Assembly (NCBI GenBank): GCA_951406725.2
Contig: OX597829.1
Location: 19,468,001-19,532,000 of the forward strand
DNA from: Octopus vulgaris
Taxonomy: Eukaryota
Direction of reading: 5' to 3'
DNA length: 64,000 nt
Part shown: positions 25,762-38,523 of the stretch, piece after piece
Position numbering within the stretch: the first letter of the stretch is position 1
Layout: each line of letters starts with the position of its first letter
Program-made: the position numbers and the translations under genes
The notes under the pieces: model-generated
The model's database searches: none
Told to the model about the DNA's origin: nothing
The model's input: the letters and a program-made list of their open reading frames with translations, nothing else

Positions 25762-26924
25762 AACAACAAACAAGATGAGGACAAATGCCCGTCAAATGTA
25801 AATGATGTAAATAATGTACATAATTCCTCATCTCTTAAATATAGAACTGTGAAATAATATTGCTTTCTTTATATGATTCACTTCTTTTTAAAAGGTTTCT
25901 CAATGTCAACTTCTGGTATTGACACAGCAACAGCGAAATTTTCCGTTTTCATTTGCAAAGTCTCTCAATCTCTATTTTAATGTTTTCATTTCAAGTTTTT
26001 AATTTGCTATTTGCAAACAACTATGATAAATTACTGAAAGAAATATTTACTAAGTTCACAAATTTAAATATTCAGAACAAGATAGTTTTTAATAAGCTTT
26101 TATTAATACGATTTTTTCATTTCATGTTTATTTTATTTATTGTTTGCAATGTTCTCTCTTTCTCTCTCTCTCACCTGTTTCCAATCAAGGTAATAATATT
26201 TCCCCATGGAAATGAAGAACTTTGCTTGTATGACAGTAGGGATTTACAACTATCACATGATATCTAGACAAGGATACACTCAACCACTCACACCCACATG
26301 TGTGTGTTTGTGTATTCTTTTTAATCCTTTTACTTGTTTCAGTCATTTGTATGTGGCCATACTGGAGCACCACCTTAACCCTTTCATTACCATATTTATT
26401 TTGAGATGATCTGCATTTCTTTCAATTATTTTAAATATAAGAAAGAATTTAGTAAAATAACTTAGTTATCATTAAGCTAGTGTTAGGAACATAAATTGTA
26501 ACTAAGGTTTGGTGAAAGATTTTAATTCAGAACTTTTGAAAACAAGACATTTGTACCACAGAGCCAGATCCAGTTTCAGCTGTATTCTTTGTAAGCTTAG
26601 TACTTATTCCCTCTCTCTCTCTCTCTCTCTTTTACTGAAACTCTAAGTTACAAGGGATGTAAACACACTAACATTGGTTGTCAAGTGATGGTAGGGGACA
26701 AACACAGTCACATCAACCAAATCTACTTGTAAGGCTTGATCAGTTTCCAAGATTCTCTGACATGTATATATATTCCACACCTGAACGAGACACTGGTATC
26801 ATTGGATTATTCATTTTCGCCAGCTGATAAAAAAAACACAATGCATTGCCCAGTTCAGGAATTGAAACCACAATGTTACGATCACTGAGTCCAACACCCT
26901 AACCACTAAACCATGCACCTCCAC

Positions 26925-27462
26925 CATGATGTTTTGTGGGTGTTGAAGTTTGTATTCTGACATTGTTAAAGTTGATATTAGAACATCATGATGTATGTTA
27001 TGTGAATATTAATAGTTTACGTTGTGAATTTTATGTGTGATATTACTGAAGCTGATGGTGTGAAATTGTAATGTTTTAGTGAATGTCATTATTAATTAAT
27101 GTCGATATTGTAAAATGGTGTTGTATGAATGTTACTAAGGTCGATATTGTAACATAATAGTGTGTGTGTGAATGTTATTTAAAGTTTATATTGTGACATG
27201 ATAATGTTATGTGATGCTGCTAAGGTTGATAATGTGAGACAGTGATGTTTTGTGGATGTCGCTATTAAAGTCAGTATTGTAACATGATATTGTATTAATG
27301 TTATTTAAGCTTATATTGTGATATCATAATGATATGTGATACCGCTAAAGCTGATAATGAGAGATTGTGATGCTTTGTGGATGTTGCTACTAGAGTTGTG
27401 ATATTATGATGCAATATAGATGTCACTAAATTTAATATTGGAACATGTAAGGATGTTACTAA
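26925..27462. repeat. Degenerate ~35-40 bp minisatellite with a higher-order ~115-120 bp duplication
   Basis: Recurrent gatgttttgtgaatgttactaaagttgatattgtaacat-like units; 27170-27290 resembles 27295-27400. Confidence 0.6.
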
Positions 27463-29522
27463 AATTCCTTTAAGACTTGCTTTGGTATTTTGTATTAGAC
27501 ACCAATGTTGGCATTTGTCTGTTGATTCTCTGATTTATTTTCTTTATTTACTTTTCTGTTTAGTTACTTTATTCTGAGTTTAATTCCTGTTATGTATGGT
27601 GTCACTATGTTTGCTATTTACTTAAATATTAGTGAGGGCACATGGCTTAGTGGTTAGGGTATTCTGCTCATGATTTCAAGGTCATGAGTTCAATTCCTAG
27701 TAGCGTGCTATATCCTTGAGCAAGACACTTCATTTCATGTTGCTCTGGTCCACTCCTCTGGCAAAAGTGAGTTGTACCTGTAGTTGAAAGGGTCGGCCTT
27801 GTCACATTTTGTGTCACCCTGAATCTCCTTGGGAACTACATTAAGAGTATATGTATCTGTGGAGTACTCAACCACTTGCATGTTAATTTCATGAGCAGGT
27901 TGTTCCATTGATCAGATCAACTAGAACCCTCATTATCATAACCAATGGAGTGTCGGTTGTTGTACTTGAATATTTCAGTGATAATTTGGCAGTTAACATT
28001 GTATTTTTTTTATATCGCTTTATGGGATATGTCTTGTGTTTCTGTCATTATTTGGTCATTACTTGGTTCGTTGTTTGCACTGTACTATTTATGTTTTTGT
28101 TTAACACTAGGTCACCTTTGATTAACTCTTTAGCATTCAGATTTTTTGTCAAATGTAATATTTATTCACATTGTTTTAAATTAACCATGCATTGTCTTGT
28201 GCCTCAGAGCTTTCAATGATGTGATTGTATATATTTTTAGAATGACATTGTAGTGTAGGTGCAAGAAGCCAGGTTTGACCAGTTCAAACATAAAATAGGT
28301 AGAATATCTGGTCCAGATTTGACCAGTTTAAATGCTAAGGGATTAAGTAGATTCTGATCACACATAGCAGACATGACATAAGTACATTTAGGGTTACTTT
28401 ATAAAATGTACCCTTCTTTTTTTATAAACTGTTAGGCTGTGAAATTTTGACAATTAATTCTATAAGACCAAACAACTGTGCTGTGATTCCTGTTTTGTCT
28501 TGTGCACATATCTTTGTTATTGGTTTTTATCATTTTTGTTGAATTATACAAACAAGTTGTTCCACTGTGCTTTTTTTAAGTTTCTGCAGGTATTGTTTTG
28601 TTCATTGGTGTGTGAAAATAAATTGTGACAATGACAAGCAGTCAGTCATAAGTGAGTTGAGGAATTGGCTGGCATTTAGATGTGGTAGCTTAATGTATGA
28701 GACTGAGTGATGAATAGAGGCTCTGTACTTATCTTAATGAAGAATGGTTAAACAGTTCAGAAGTTTGCTTCACAATCACAGAATTCCAGGTTCAATCCTA
28801 CTACATGTCATCTTGAGTGTGCATATTGTAGCTTAGCTGCAAGTCAACAAAAAGCATGTCAGTGAAATTGGGTTGACCAAAAAAATACAAAAGTTCCGTC
28901 GACGGGATTAACCTATAATGTAAAGATTAAGATCTGTCTCATTGTATCTCACTGATACCATTTGAGAATTGCATTAAAAATACACATAGGAGTACATTAA
29001 CTTATTGTTCTCGGAAGGTGTAACCTGGCTGAATGAATAGTGAAGTTGTTGGTTGTGCATGTTTTCTATTGTAATGTTTCATGTTACCAGTTTATAGTTT
29101 CAAACTTTTAGCTTCTGATGTGTATTGTTGGTAAAGCCTTGGTTATTGCTGATCAAAAAGACATTCCCTCAAAGATGCTTCAGCCATCTTAATCTTGTCT
29201 GTTTTTCAAAAATAGTACACCTATAACACATTATTACAGGTGTCCTTTTCTAAGACAAGGAGGGTAGAACTTAACCCCATAACATCGGTTGACGTAAATT
29301 TACATGCACTGTGTACTTGCTTTGAATCAGATGACAAAAATATACACAGCTCTCTGCTGCTGCAGTTTTGTACTTGTTTGTGTACCGGTTGATATAGATA
29401 TCCGCTATCACACATGGAATCAATAATAGAGGCCATCATGAAAATTCCAAGGAATCTGATAGGTTCATTAGACTTTTCGTATAAATATTTCCAACTCAGT
29501 TCAAGACTTCATCACTATAATA

Positions 29523-29900
29523 GGCGCAGGAGTGGCTGTGTGGTAAGTAGCTTGCTTACCAACCACATGGTTTCATGTTCAGTCCCACTGGGCAAGTGTC
29601 TTCTACTATTGCCTCAGGCTGACCAAAGCCTTGTGAGTGGATTTGGTAGACGGAAACTGAAAGAAGCCCGTCGTATATATATATATATATGTGTGTTTGT
29701 GTGTCTGTGTTTGTTCCCCCAACATCGCTTGACAACCGATACTGGTGTGTTCAAGTCCCCGTAACTTAGCAGTTCGGCAAAAGAAACCGATAGAATAAGT
29801 ACTAGGCTTACAAAGAATAAGTCCTGGGGTCGATTTGGTCGACTAAAGGCGGTACTCCAGCATGGCTGCAGTCAAATGACTGAAACAAGTAAAAGAGTAA
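29523..29900 (+). mobile_element. Near full-length SINE family A (octopus OK/OR-type tRNA SINE); many other copies, e.g. 1810-2025, 5690-6135, 18840-19295, 39990-40560, 45550-45760, 46174-46320, 47995-48825, 63860-64000
   Basis: Head ggcgcaggagtggctgtgtggtaagtagc...gttcagtccc, internal (TA/TG)n, tail ...aaacaagtaaaagagtaaa; tataatag on both flanks. Confidence 0.85.
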
Positions 29901-30544
29901 AGTGTATAATAGTATAAAAGCAGCAGTTTTGGCAGTTACACTACCATTTCCACTATGACTTTCTATCAAATTCGTTCATGTTCAGCAAATTCTTTTTACA
30001 CCGTCAAGTGATCTTATTTCTACAGTAATACCGCAGGAGTGTTCTGCCCAGTTTACATAAATAAACACTACATGCTTTAAAGTGGTTGACATAAATATAT
30101 GCTGAACTGTAGTCATGCGCTAATTGCTGATCTCAGCCGAAATAATTACCATCAGTCCAACCTAGTTGTCTGATAAAAATCCATTGTCATGGGGTTAATA
30201 GAGTTTTAGCTGCAATTTCTAACAGGTCAAGTGACAGCATAGACTGCCACATTGTGTTATCATATGCTATTTGATTTTAATTGTTTGTCAAGTGATATTG
30301 GGGGGACAAACACAGACACACAAACGCACACACACACACATGTATCCACATACACACACACATATATACGACCAGCTTCTTTCAGTTTCCGTCTACCAAT
30401 TCCACTGACAACGCTTTGGTTGACCCGAGGCTATAGTAGAAGACACTTACCCAAGGGGCCACGCAGTGGGACTGAACCCGGAACTATGTGGTTAGTAAGC
30501 AAGCTACTTACCACACAGCCACTCCTACGCCTATTTGTTCATAT

Positions 30545-30946
30545 CCAGTTCAAATATTCTACCTGTTTTATGTTCAAATGGCCAGATCTGGCCTCTCACA
30601 CCTACCCTACAACGTCATTCCGAAAATAAACAATTACATCATCAAAATCTCAAAGTTGTGAGATAATGCATGATTAATTCATATCAATGTGTATAAATAA
30701 GCATTTTGTTTGACAGTAATCTGGATGCTAAAAGGTTAAGCCAGTCATATCTGGCCAAAATATTCCACAGGTTTTATCATCAAACTGGCCAGATCTTGAC
30801 TCTCACACTTTCCAAACTATGTCATTCTAAAAATAAGCAATTACATTATCTAAATCTCAAAGCTTAGATAATGCATGATTAATTCAAAACCCTGTGAATA
30901 AATTAGTGTTACATTTGACAGAGTAATCTGAATGCTAAAGGGTTAA
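30545..30946. mobile_element. Tandem piggyBac-like MITEs, family 1 (~225 bp, TTAA-CCCTTTAGCATT TIR); other copies 17063-17279, 28122-28345, 33502-34545, 41266-41492, 42086-42244, 42917-43357, 49016-49236
   Basis: ttaaccctttagcatt...aatgctaaagggttaa termini and a shared internal sequence. Confidence 0.8.
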
Positions 30947-31434
30947 GTATTCCACCAAAAAAACCACTGAGGTTTGGAAGGGTTCCATGCAGTTTCTCTT
31001 TAGCAAAATTTCCTGAAGTCACTTGCTCATAATGCCAGGCAAGAAGATTAAGCCCAGAACCACATCAATACATGGGCTGTTTTATCATACAGCCATACCT
31101 GCATCTGAATATAATTTTATGGCAGGGTGATAGTGTAAAATAAAATCATTGTTTTTGTAATTTAAAAATGCACTGGTGCTGGTACCACATAAAAGGCTCT
31201 GGCAATGGTTCCACATGAAAAAACCACTAATGCTGATGCCATGTAAAAAGCACCCATTACACTCTGTAAAGTGGTTGGTGTTAGGAAGGGTATCCGGCTA
31301 TAGGAACCATGCCAGAACAGACTGAAGAATTTGGTGTAGATCTCTTGCTTGCCAGCATGGAAAACTGACATTAAATGATTTGTAGTAGGTCTTCCTGTGA
31401 ACTAATTTTTTGAAATGTTTTTCTAATTTCACAG

Positions 31435-31504
31435 GTCAGCTGAAAGTTGGTGACCAGCTGCTTAGTGTAAATGGTAACACTCTTGAGGATGCTACAAATG
31501 AATA
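31435..31504 (+). CDS. STXBP4: Exon 4 (QLKVGDQLLSVNGNTLEDATNE), PDZ
   Basis: ttcacag acceptor, TA|gtaagt donor, 70 nt; LKVGDQLLSVNG PDZ signature. Confidence 0.95.
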
Positions 31505-32201
31505 GTAAGTATACTTCAGTTATCTCAACAGTTTTAACTCACTCGCTTCACTTTCACTTATTTCCTTATACTTATTTTAACTCTCTCCTTCTCTCTCTCT
31601 CTCCCTCCATACATTTAGTTTGATATGCGTATAATACAATCCTAATTTGTGTAGAAATAACTGCAAGCCCTTAATTTCTGAACAGAAGATCTGTATTCCT
31701 TCTCTGGTGAAGATCAAATTAACTAAAAACTAGTCAACGAAGCACACCTTTTTCTACTCATGAAGAAATAAAATATATGATTTAATGATTTTATTCAATT
31801 TTCACAATCAAGGCTATGAATTTTTGCTTATCAAAAAAAAACAAAAATATATATCTTAGATTTCATTTCTAATTAATAAAAATATACAATGTAGTTATGA
31901 ATTAATAACTTCATATATAGTATATTTTAATCCAGTAGGGTTGTTTATCATTGTCACTTTAGTGTTCACTTTTCCATGCTTGCATGGGTCAGATGGAATT
32001 TGTGGAGGCAGATTTTCTACAGCTGGATGCCCTTCCTCTCACCAACCCTCACTTCTGTTTCCAAGTGAAGTAATATTTCCCTGTGGTAAGACATGTTTTC
32101 ATGAGAGATTGGAAACAAAAGGATACTGCTTGCATAACGGTTTTCACTTGGAACTATCACATGATATCAAAATAAAGAGGCATTAACACACACACACACA
32201 T

Positions 32202-32242
<41 letters not shown>

Positions 32243-32245
<3 letters not shown>

Positions 32246-32924
32246 TAAAAACGGTAAGATAACAAAAGAAAGAAAGAGACCTCAATATTATGTAAATAGA
32301 GGAATTTATCTGTGACTATAACATGTGACAATTATTCGGTAGCCAAGATAAAACTCTGAGTTATCCGGTTATCGGAGTTTTATCTTGGCTACCGAATAAT
32401 TATCACATATTATATTTACAGATATATATATATATATATATATATACGGTTTAAGTAATTGAGATTCAAGTGAATTCTAATGAATTCACATGAATATGGT
32501 CCTTAACTAGGATGCACCGGAAATCTATATGGTGTTAACCATACGACAAGTGGGGTGATTACAAATAGGAAAAAAGCAACAAGAATGGATTAAAATCTCG
32601 GTACAATTGTTTCGCATGATTGTATCCGAAATTTCTTCACATAACTTGATTAGCAATTCAATATGAGCTATATATAGACATGCACAAATTCTGTAAGTTT
32701 AAGACCTTTCATCGGATCTCCAGGAATCGAACTTTCTTCAATGCAGTTAATCTTACACCCTCTTTTGTATCTACCCCTTTTGATGTTTGGGAATTCTCTG
32801 ATGTTTTTTCGGTTGACGAGTATGAGCCATCTGTATTTACTGCATTTTTGTAGCTTATTAAAGATGTCCTCAGACGAAACAATTGTACCGAGATTTTAAT
32901 CCATTCTTGTTGCTTTTTTCCTAT
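32243..32924. mobile_element. Two Penelope-like inverted-repeat fragments embedded in (TA)n
   Basis: 50-bp arms at 32307-32356 / 32375-32424 (27 bp perfect core) and a perfect 50-bp inverted pair at 32565-32614 / 32875-32924; (TA)n at 32205-32242, 32422-32446 and 32922. Confidence 0.55.
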
Positions 32925-33173
32925 ATATATATACATACATACACACACACAATGGACTTCTTTCCATTTCCATCCACCAAATTTACTCATATGGCTTTGA
33001 TCGGCTGGAGCTGTAGCACAAGACACTTGTGGAAGGTACCAAGCAGTGGAACCAATCTCAGAACTGTACAGTCCAGAAGCATATTTCATGCCATGCCTGC
33101 ACCTGTTTAACTATTACAGAAATCAATGTAGTATTTTAAAGATATTATACTGCCCAACAGCTGTGGAAGAAAC

Positions 33174-33213
<40 letters not shown>

Positions 33214-34132
33214 GCACAATTTTAGACCATTCTAGGTTCATCTTAGTTGGATTATTAAGTGTTGTTGTTAAGTGCATCTTTCAAGAACTCACTGTGGTGC
33301 CAGAAATAGAACATGAACTATCAAGCTTTATGCAAATACAATTTTTATAACTAACACTACTTCCAGAGCCAAAATTGAAATGTGTGTGTGTGTGTATTTT
33401 TCAACTTAGGAATTACAAGCAACGAACAATGAAAGTCACTCTTGCTTCTCTCATTTATCTTTTCTTATGCAACATTGTTACAATAATCACCATAGTTTTT
33501 CTTAACCCTTTAGTGTTTAAATCGGCTATATCCGGCTCAAATATTCTACTCATTTTATGCTCAAACTGGCCAGAACCAGTATCTCACACCTACCCTGCAA
33601 TGTCATTCTAAAAATAAACAATTACATCTTTCAAATCTTGAAGCTACAAGATAATACCAGATTAATTTTTTAAAATATAAATGAATAAAGATTACTTTTG
33701 ACATATTAATTCGAACGCTAAAGGGTTAATCTTTTAGCATTCAGATTATTCCGTCGAATGTGATGCTTATTTATTCACATTGTTTTGAATTAATCTTGCA
33801 TTATCTTGTAGCTTTGAGATTTCAATGGTGCGATTGATTATTTTTTTAGAATGGCATTATGGAGTGGGTGTGAGAAGGCAGATCTGGTCAGTTTGAACAT
33901 AAAAAGGGATAGAATATTTGGGCTAAAAATGATTTAACCTTTTAAGCGTTCAAATCACTCTATCAAATGTGATGCTTATTTATTCAGTGTTTTTAATTGA
34001 TCATGTATTATCTTGTAGCTTTGAGATTTCAATGATCTGATTGTCTAGTTATAGAATGACATAGTGGGGTAGGTGTGAGAGGCTGGATCTGGTCAGTTTC
34101 AACATAAAACAAATAGAATATTTTAAGTAGAT

Positions 34133-34503
34133 GTGGAAGCACTCCGTCGGTTACGACGATGAGGGTTCCGGTTGATCCGAATCAACGGAACAGCCTGCTC
34201 GTGAAATTAACGTGTAAGTGGCTGAGCACTCCACAGACACGTGTACCCTTAACGTAGTTCTCAGGGATATTCAGCGTGACACAGAGAGTGACAAGGCCGG
34301 CCCTTTGAAATACAGGTACAACAGAAACAGGAAGTAAGAGTGAGAGAAAGTTGTGGTGAAAGAGTACAGCAGGGATCACCACCATCCCTGCTGGAGCCAC
34401 GTGAAGCTTTAGGTGTTTTCGCTCAATAAACACTCACAACGCCCGGTCTGGGAATCGAAACCGCGAGTCCGCTGCCCTAACCACTGGGCCATTGCGCCTC
34501 CAC
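34133..34503 (-). mobile_element. Young SINE family E copy with a perfect 13-bp TSD, inserted in a TTAA MITE
   Basis: attttaagtagat at 34120-34132 and 34504-34516; CpG-rich tRNA head gtggaggcgcaatggcccagtggttagggcagcgg...ggtttcgattccc. Confidence 0.85.
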
Positions 34504-36101
34504 ATTTTAAGTAGATATGGCTGGTTTAAATGCTAAAGGATTTAAACTTTATTTTCAGTCTGTATAACATTGAGTATTCTATTGAATTTTTGTATTTCTT
34601 CAAATTATCCTTTTGCTTGATGGCCTGGTATACACATACCATTATTGTCCCAGTCAATTAAACATAATTCTTTTTTACAAGCTGGTTTTAGTTATCTCTA
34701 TCTAACTTCATATTCACAATCACCCCTCAGCCACTCCATATATTTGGGAAGACTATTTTCTAACGCTTTGTCTAATTACATGTTCCTGTTTTTCTTATTT
34801 TCAACGTACCTGGCTTGTCATATTTCATTTCTCAGCACCTATTCATTCAATCCATCATCCATATGCATTATGTGTGTGTGTGTGTGTGGTTACATGTGAT
34901 AATGTATACGCATGTACATGTGTATTTCCAAGTGTGTGTATGTATACAGTGAAATGATTACAGGTGTGTGTGTGTGTAAGTGTGTCTTGGGACCTAATTT
35001 GATAAACAAGTTTGTGTGGGAAATATCTTTATTTGTAATTTAGATGACTTCTTTTTTGTAAGATGCGATATGTGAGCATTGTGAACAATTGCAGGACATA
35101 CACAATAGCATTATAACTAGGTCAAATTGGCCAAGCCAGTTTCTCCTGTTGACCTTTTGTACAGCAGTACCCCCATCATGAGAAATTTCAGAAGAACTAT
35201 ACAAAGACTTGAGTCTCCGTTTTCATTGTAACACTATTTGAGGAGGTGAAAAGAAACTTAACTTTCACCTACCCCAATATCATCATCATCATCGTCATCA
35301 TTATTTAACATCTATTTTCCATGCTGGCATGTGTTTGATTATTTGTCAGGAGCTGGCAAGCCTGAAGACTGCACCAGGCTTCACTGTCTGTTCTGGCATG
35401 GGTCTTTATAGCTGGATGCCCTTCCTAACATCAACATGAATATCCAAATTAGAGTAAGGATAAGCTACCTTGAAGAAGGCATTTCAATCTAATCACAGCC
35501 TGAAGTTTACAGTGCAACGGTTATTTAGTTTCATCTTTTATCTGATACTTGTTTCAGTATTTGGACTGTGGCCATGCTGGGGCACCATTTTAAAGGGTTT
35601 AATGAAACAAATCTACACCAGTTTTTTTTTTGTTTTGTTTTTTTTAAATCTTTTTTTATTAAAACCAATCTGTTCTATTCTTAAGCTATCAGTCTCTTTT
35701 TGCTGAACTGCTAAGTTACAGGGATGCAAACACACCAACACTGGTTGTCAAGTGGTGGTGTTGGGCAAACACACACACACATCATCATCATCATCATTGT
35801 TTAACATCTGTTTTCCATGCTAGCATGGGTTGGATGGTTCAACCGGGGTCTGGGAAGCCAGGAGGCTGCACCAGGCTCCAGTCTGATCTGGTAGTGTTTC
35901 TACAGCTGGATGCCCTTCCTAATGCCAACCACTCCGAGAATGTAGTGGGTGCTTTTTATGTGCCACCAGCACAGGGGCCAAAGGAAGCTGGTAACAGCCA
36001 CAATCGGTTGGTGCTTTTTATGTGTCACTGGCCCGGGTATAACAACTACAATTTCCATTTGATTTTTATTTGGATGTTGATGTGCAAGCACAGCAGGTCG
36101 C

Positions 36102-36142
<41 letters not shown>

Positions 36143-36319
36143 TCATGCTTCTTTCAGTTTCTGTCTTAACCAAATCCACTCACAAGACTTTGGTAGGCCC
36201 ATTCCCAATGAGGTACATATTGCCACTGTGAATGAGTTAGTTCCAGTGACATAGCTGACCAGATATGATTGGGTCCTGCCTACCAAGTACAGGAGGCTGC
36301 TTGAAGTCCAGTTTAATAA

Positions 36320-36448
36320 TAATAATTGTGTACAGTGCTCAGGTGCACTACAACTCATCTAAAGTGTATATATAATCAGGTGAAGTTTCGGCGGATTTCG
36401 GAAAGCATGAGGGCCTTAAAAGATGCAGTGTCATGGCAGTCAACAACT
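36320..36448 (-). mobile_element. CR1-like LINE 3' end
   Basis: The minus strand reads VVDCHDTASFKALMLSEIRRNFT*, followed by a short UTR and an (ATT)n tail. Confidence 0.5.
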
Positions 36449-38269
36449 TTGTCAGAAACTACCCGACAGCTGACCACCATGTCTTATTTTTCCTCTGGGA
36501 GTGTACTCTTGTCTTCTTGAACATAAACACACTCATATACTTCACTAGTTCTCTCTCTTTCTCCATTCCACCTGCCTCACCAATACATAAATATTCAGTA
36601 CTAGACTGTTGAAAAATCTTCCAGTTTCTACATTCATGAACTGCATTCCAGTTTGAACCCCCATTTCACACATCTTGATAATCCTTTCTGCCATAGGCAC
36701 AAGGTCTGATATTTTGGTGGAGGGTGTTAATTACATTGACCCCCAGTGCTGCATTGGTACATCTATTTTATTGCTCTGAAAGATGAAGTCAGCTTTGGCA
36801 GAATTTGAACTCAGAACGTAAAGCCAGAGGATGTGCCACAAAGCATTTTGTCCAGCTTGCTATTGATTCTGCCAGTTCACTGCCATCTCACCACTTAATA
36901 ATAATTTCAAATTTTGGCACAAGGCCAGCAATTTTGGGGGAGGGATAAGTCAATTACATGAACCCCAGTACTCAATTGGTACTTATTTTATCAAACCCAA
37001 ATGGATGGAAGGCAAAGTTGACCTTAATGGAATTTGAACTCGGAACATGAAGACAAATGTAATACTGCTAAGCATTTTACCTGGCACACTAACGATTATG
37101 CCAGTTTGCTGCTGTCTTACCACTTATTGATACACAAATGAACATGGGCCAACAAGTGAGCTTCTGTAGTTTTTGCAGAGACACACGGCTTAGTGGTTAG
37201 GGTTTTGGACTCATGATCATAAGACTGTGGTTTCGATTCCTAGAACAGGCTGTAAATTGTGTTCTTGAACAAAACACTTCATTTCACTTTGCTCCAGTTC
37301 CTTCAGTTGATTCGGTGGAGCAGCATCCCATCCAGGGAGGAATATACATGCCAGAAAAACCAGGAAATTGATCCTTATTCTCTTTACGGAGTGATATGGA
37401 CTAGCTATATATATCGCTTAACTCTTTGCTTGTTTGATTACAATATTACTGCATGGGAGACCGGATGTTGAACAATGATGATGATGATGATATCAATACA
37501 ACTTGTTTTTTATTTTTAAAAATCTATCAGCTTTAGTATGTTCCAAGGTTCAGTTTGTGGAAGCACATGGCCTAGTGGTTAGAGCAGCGGACTCGCGGTC
37601 AACAGATCATGAGTTCAAATCTCAGATGGGGCGATGTGTGTGTTTATGAGTGAAACACCTAAGCTCCAAGCAGCTCCGGCAGAAGGTAATGGCGAATTTC
37701 TGCTGACTCTTTCGCCACAACTTTCTCTCACTCTTTCCTCCTGCATCTTGCAGCTCATCTACGATGGACTGGCGTCCCGTCCAGGTGGGGAAACCTATAT
37801 GCCAAGGAAACCGGGAAACCGGCCCTAGAAGGAACAAAAAAAGGTTCAGTTAAGCAGTAACTTGGCAGAGTTATTAGAGAGCCACCTAGAATGTCTTGTA
37901 GTATTAGTTGCAACTTTCTGTTCCGAGTTCAACTCCTATCAAAGTCAACTTTGCTTTTCATTCCTTAAGAGTTACTAAAGTACCATTCCTATAATGATAC
38001 CAATTTTTATTTTTCTCCCTCTCTTTCATTCTCTTTCCCCACCATAAGAAAATGGCTGTTGCCAGACCTGAAGAAAGATGGACTTTGCCGGGTTTAAAAT
38101 GCAGATCATATGCTAATTGTCATTATACAGTTCCCCTACATAACCAAGTGTTGAAAACTCAAGGACAGAAGAGTTTGGTTATATGCCCCCTGCCCAATTT
38201 CTTGCATATTAATGACCTACTTGCTTTCACTTATGTGCAAATGATACCCATTCAGCACTTGCCCTTCCC

Positions 38270-38459
38270 TAACACTGACACACACATACACGCACTAACA
38301 AACACACACACACGTACTAACACACACATACATGCACGCACTAACACACATGCACACACGCACTAACACATGCATGCATGCACTAGCACACACACTGATG
38401 CATGCTTCACACACTGACATGCGCATGCACACGCATTAACATGCACACTCATATACTCA

Positions 38460-38523
<64 letters not shown>
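38270..38523. repeat. Compound (CA)n / cacgcactaaca / (TA)n microsatellite
   Basis: Directly visible. Confidence 0.85.

Larger units (their letters stand above)
25420..25850. mobile_element. Penelope-like inverted-repeat element with a tRNA-head remnant and hammerhead motifs
   Basis: Inverted arms of ~165 bp (25420-25586 and 25640-25809), each containing CTGATGA...GAAA; B-box-like gagtttgattcc in the spacer on the minus strand. Confidence 0.75.

Noticed and set aside
26925-27462. CRISPR-like periodic array
   Set aside because: Units are degenerate along their whole length, with no conserved repeat/unique spacer alternation; it is a eukaryotic minisatellite
29523-29590. tRNA-like sequences (here and at 34430-34503, 37557-37630)
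   Set aside because: These are SINE heads continuing into SINE bodies, with no complete cloverleaf or oligo-T terminator
35160-35230. Possible exon after ttttgtacag in intron 4
   Set aside because: The frames examined end in stops, and inclusion would split the PDZ domain between exons 4 and 5, which already join in frame
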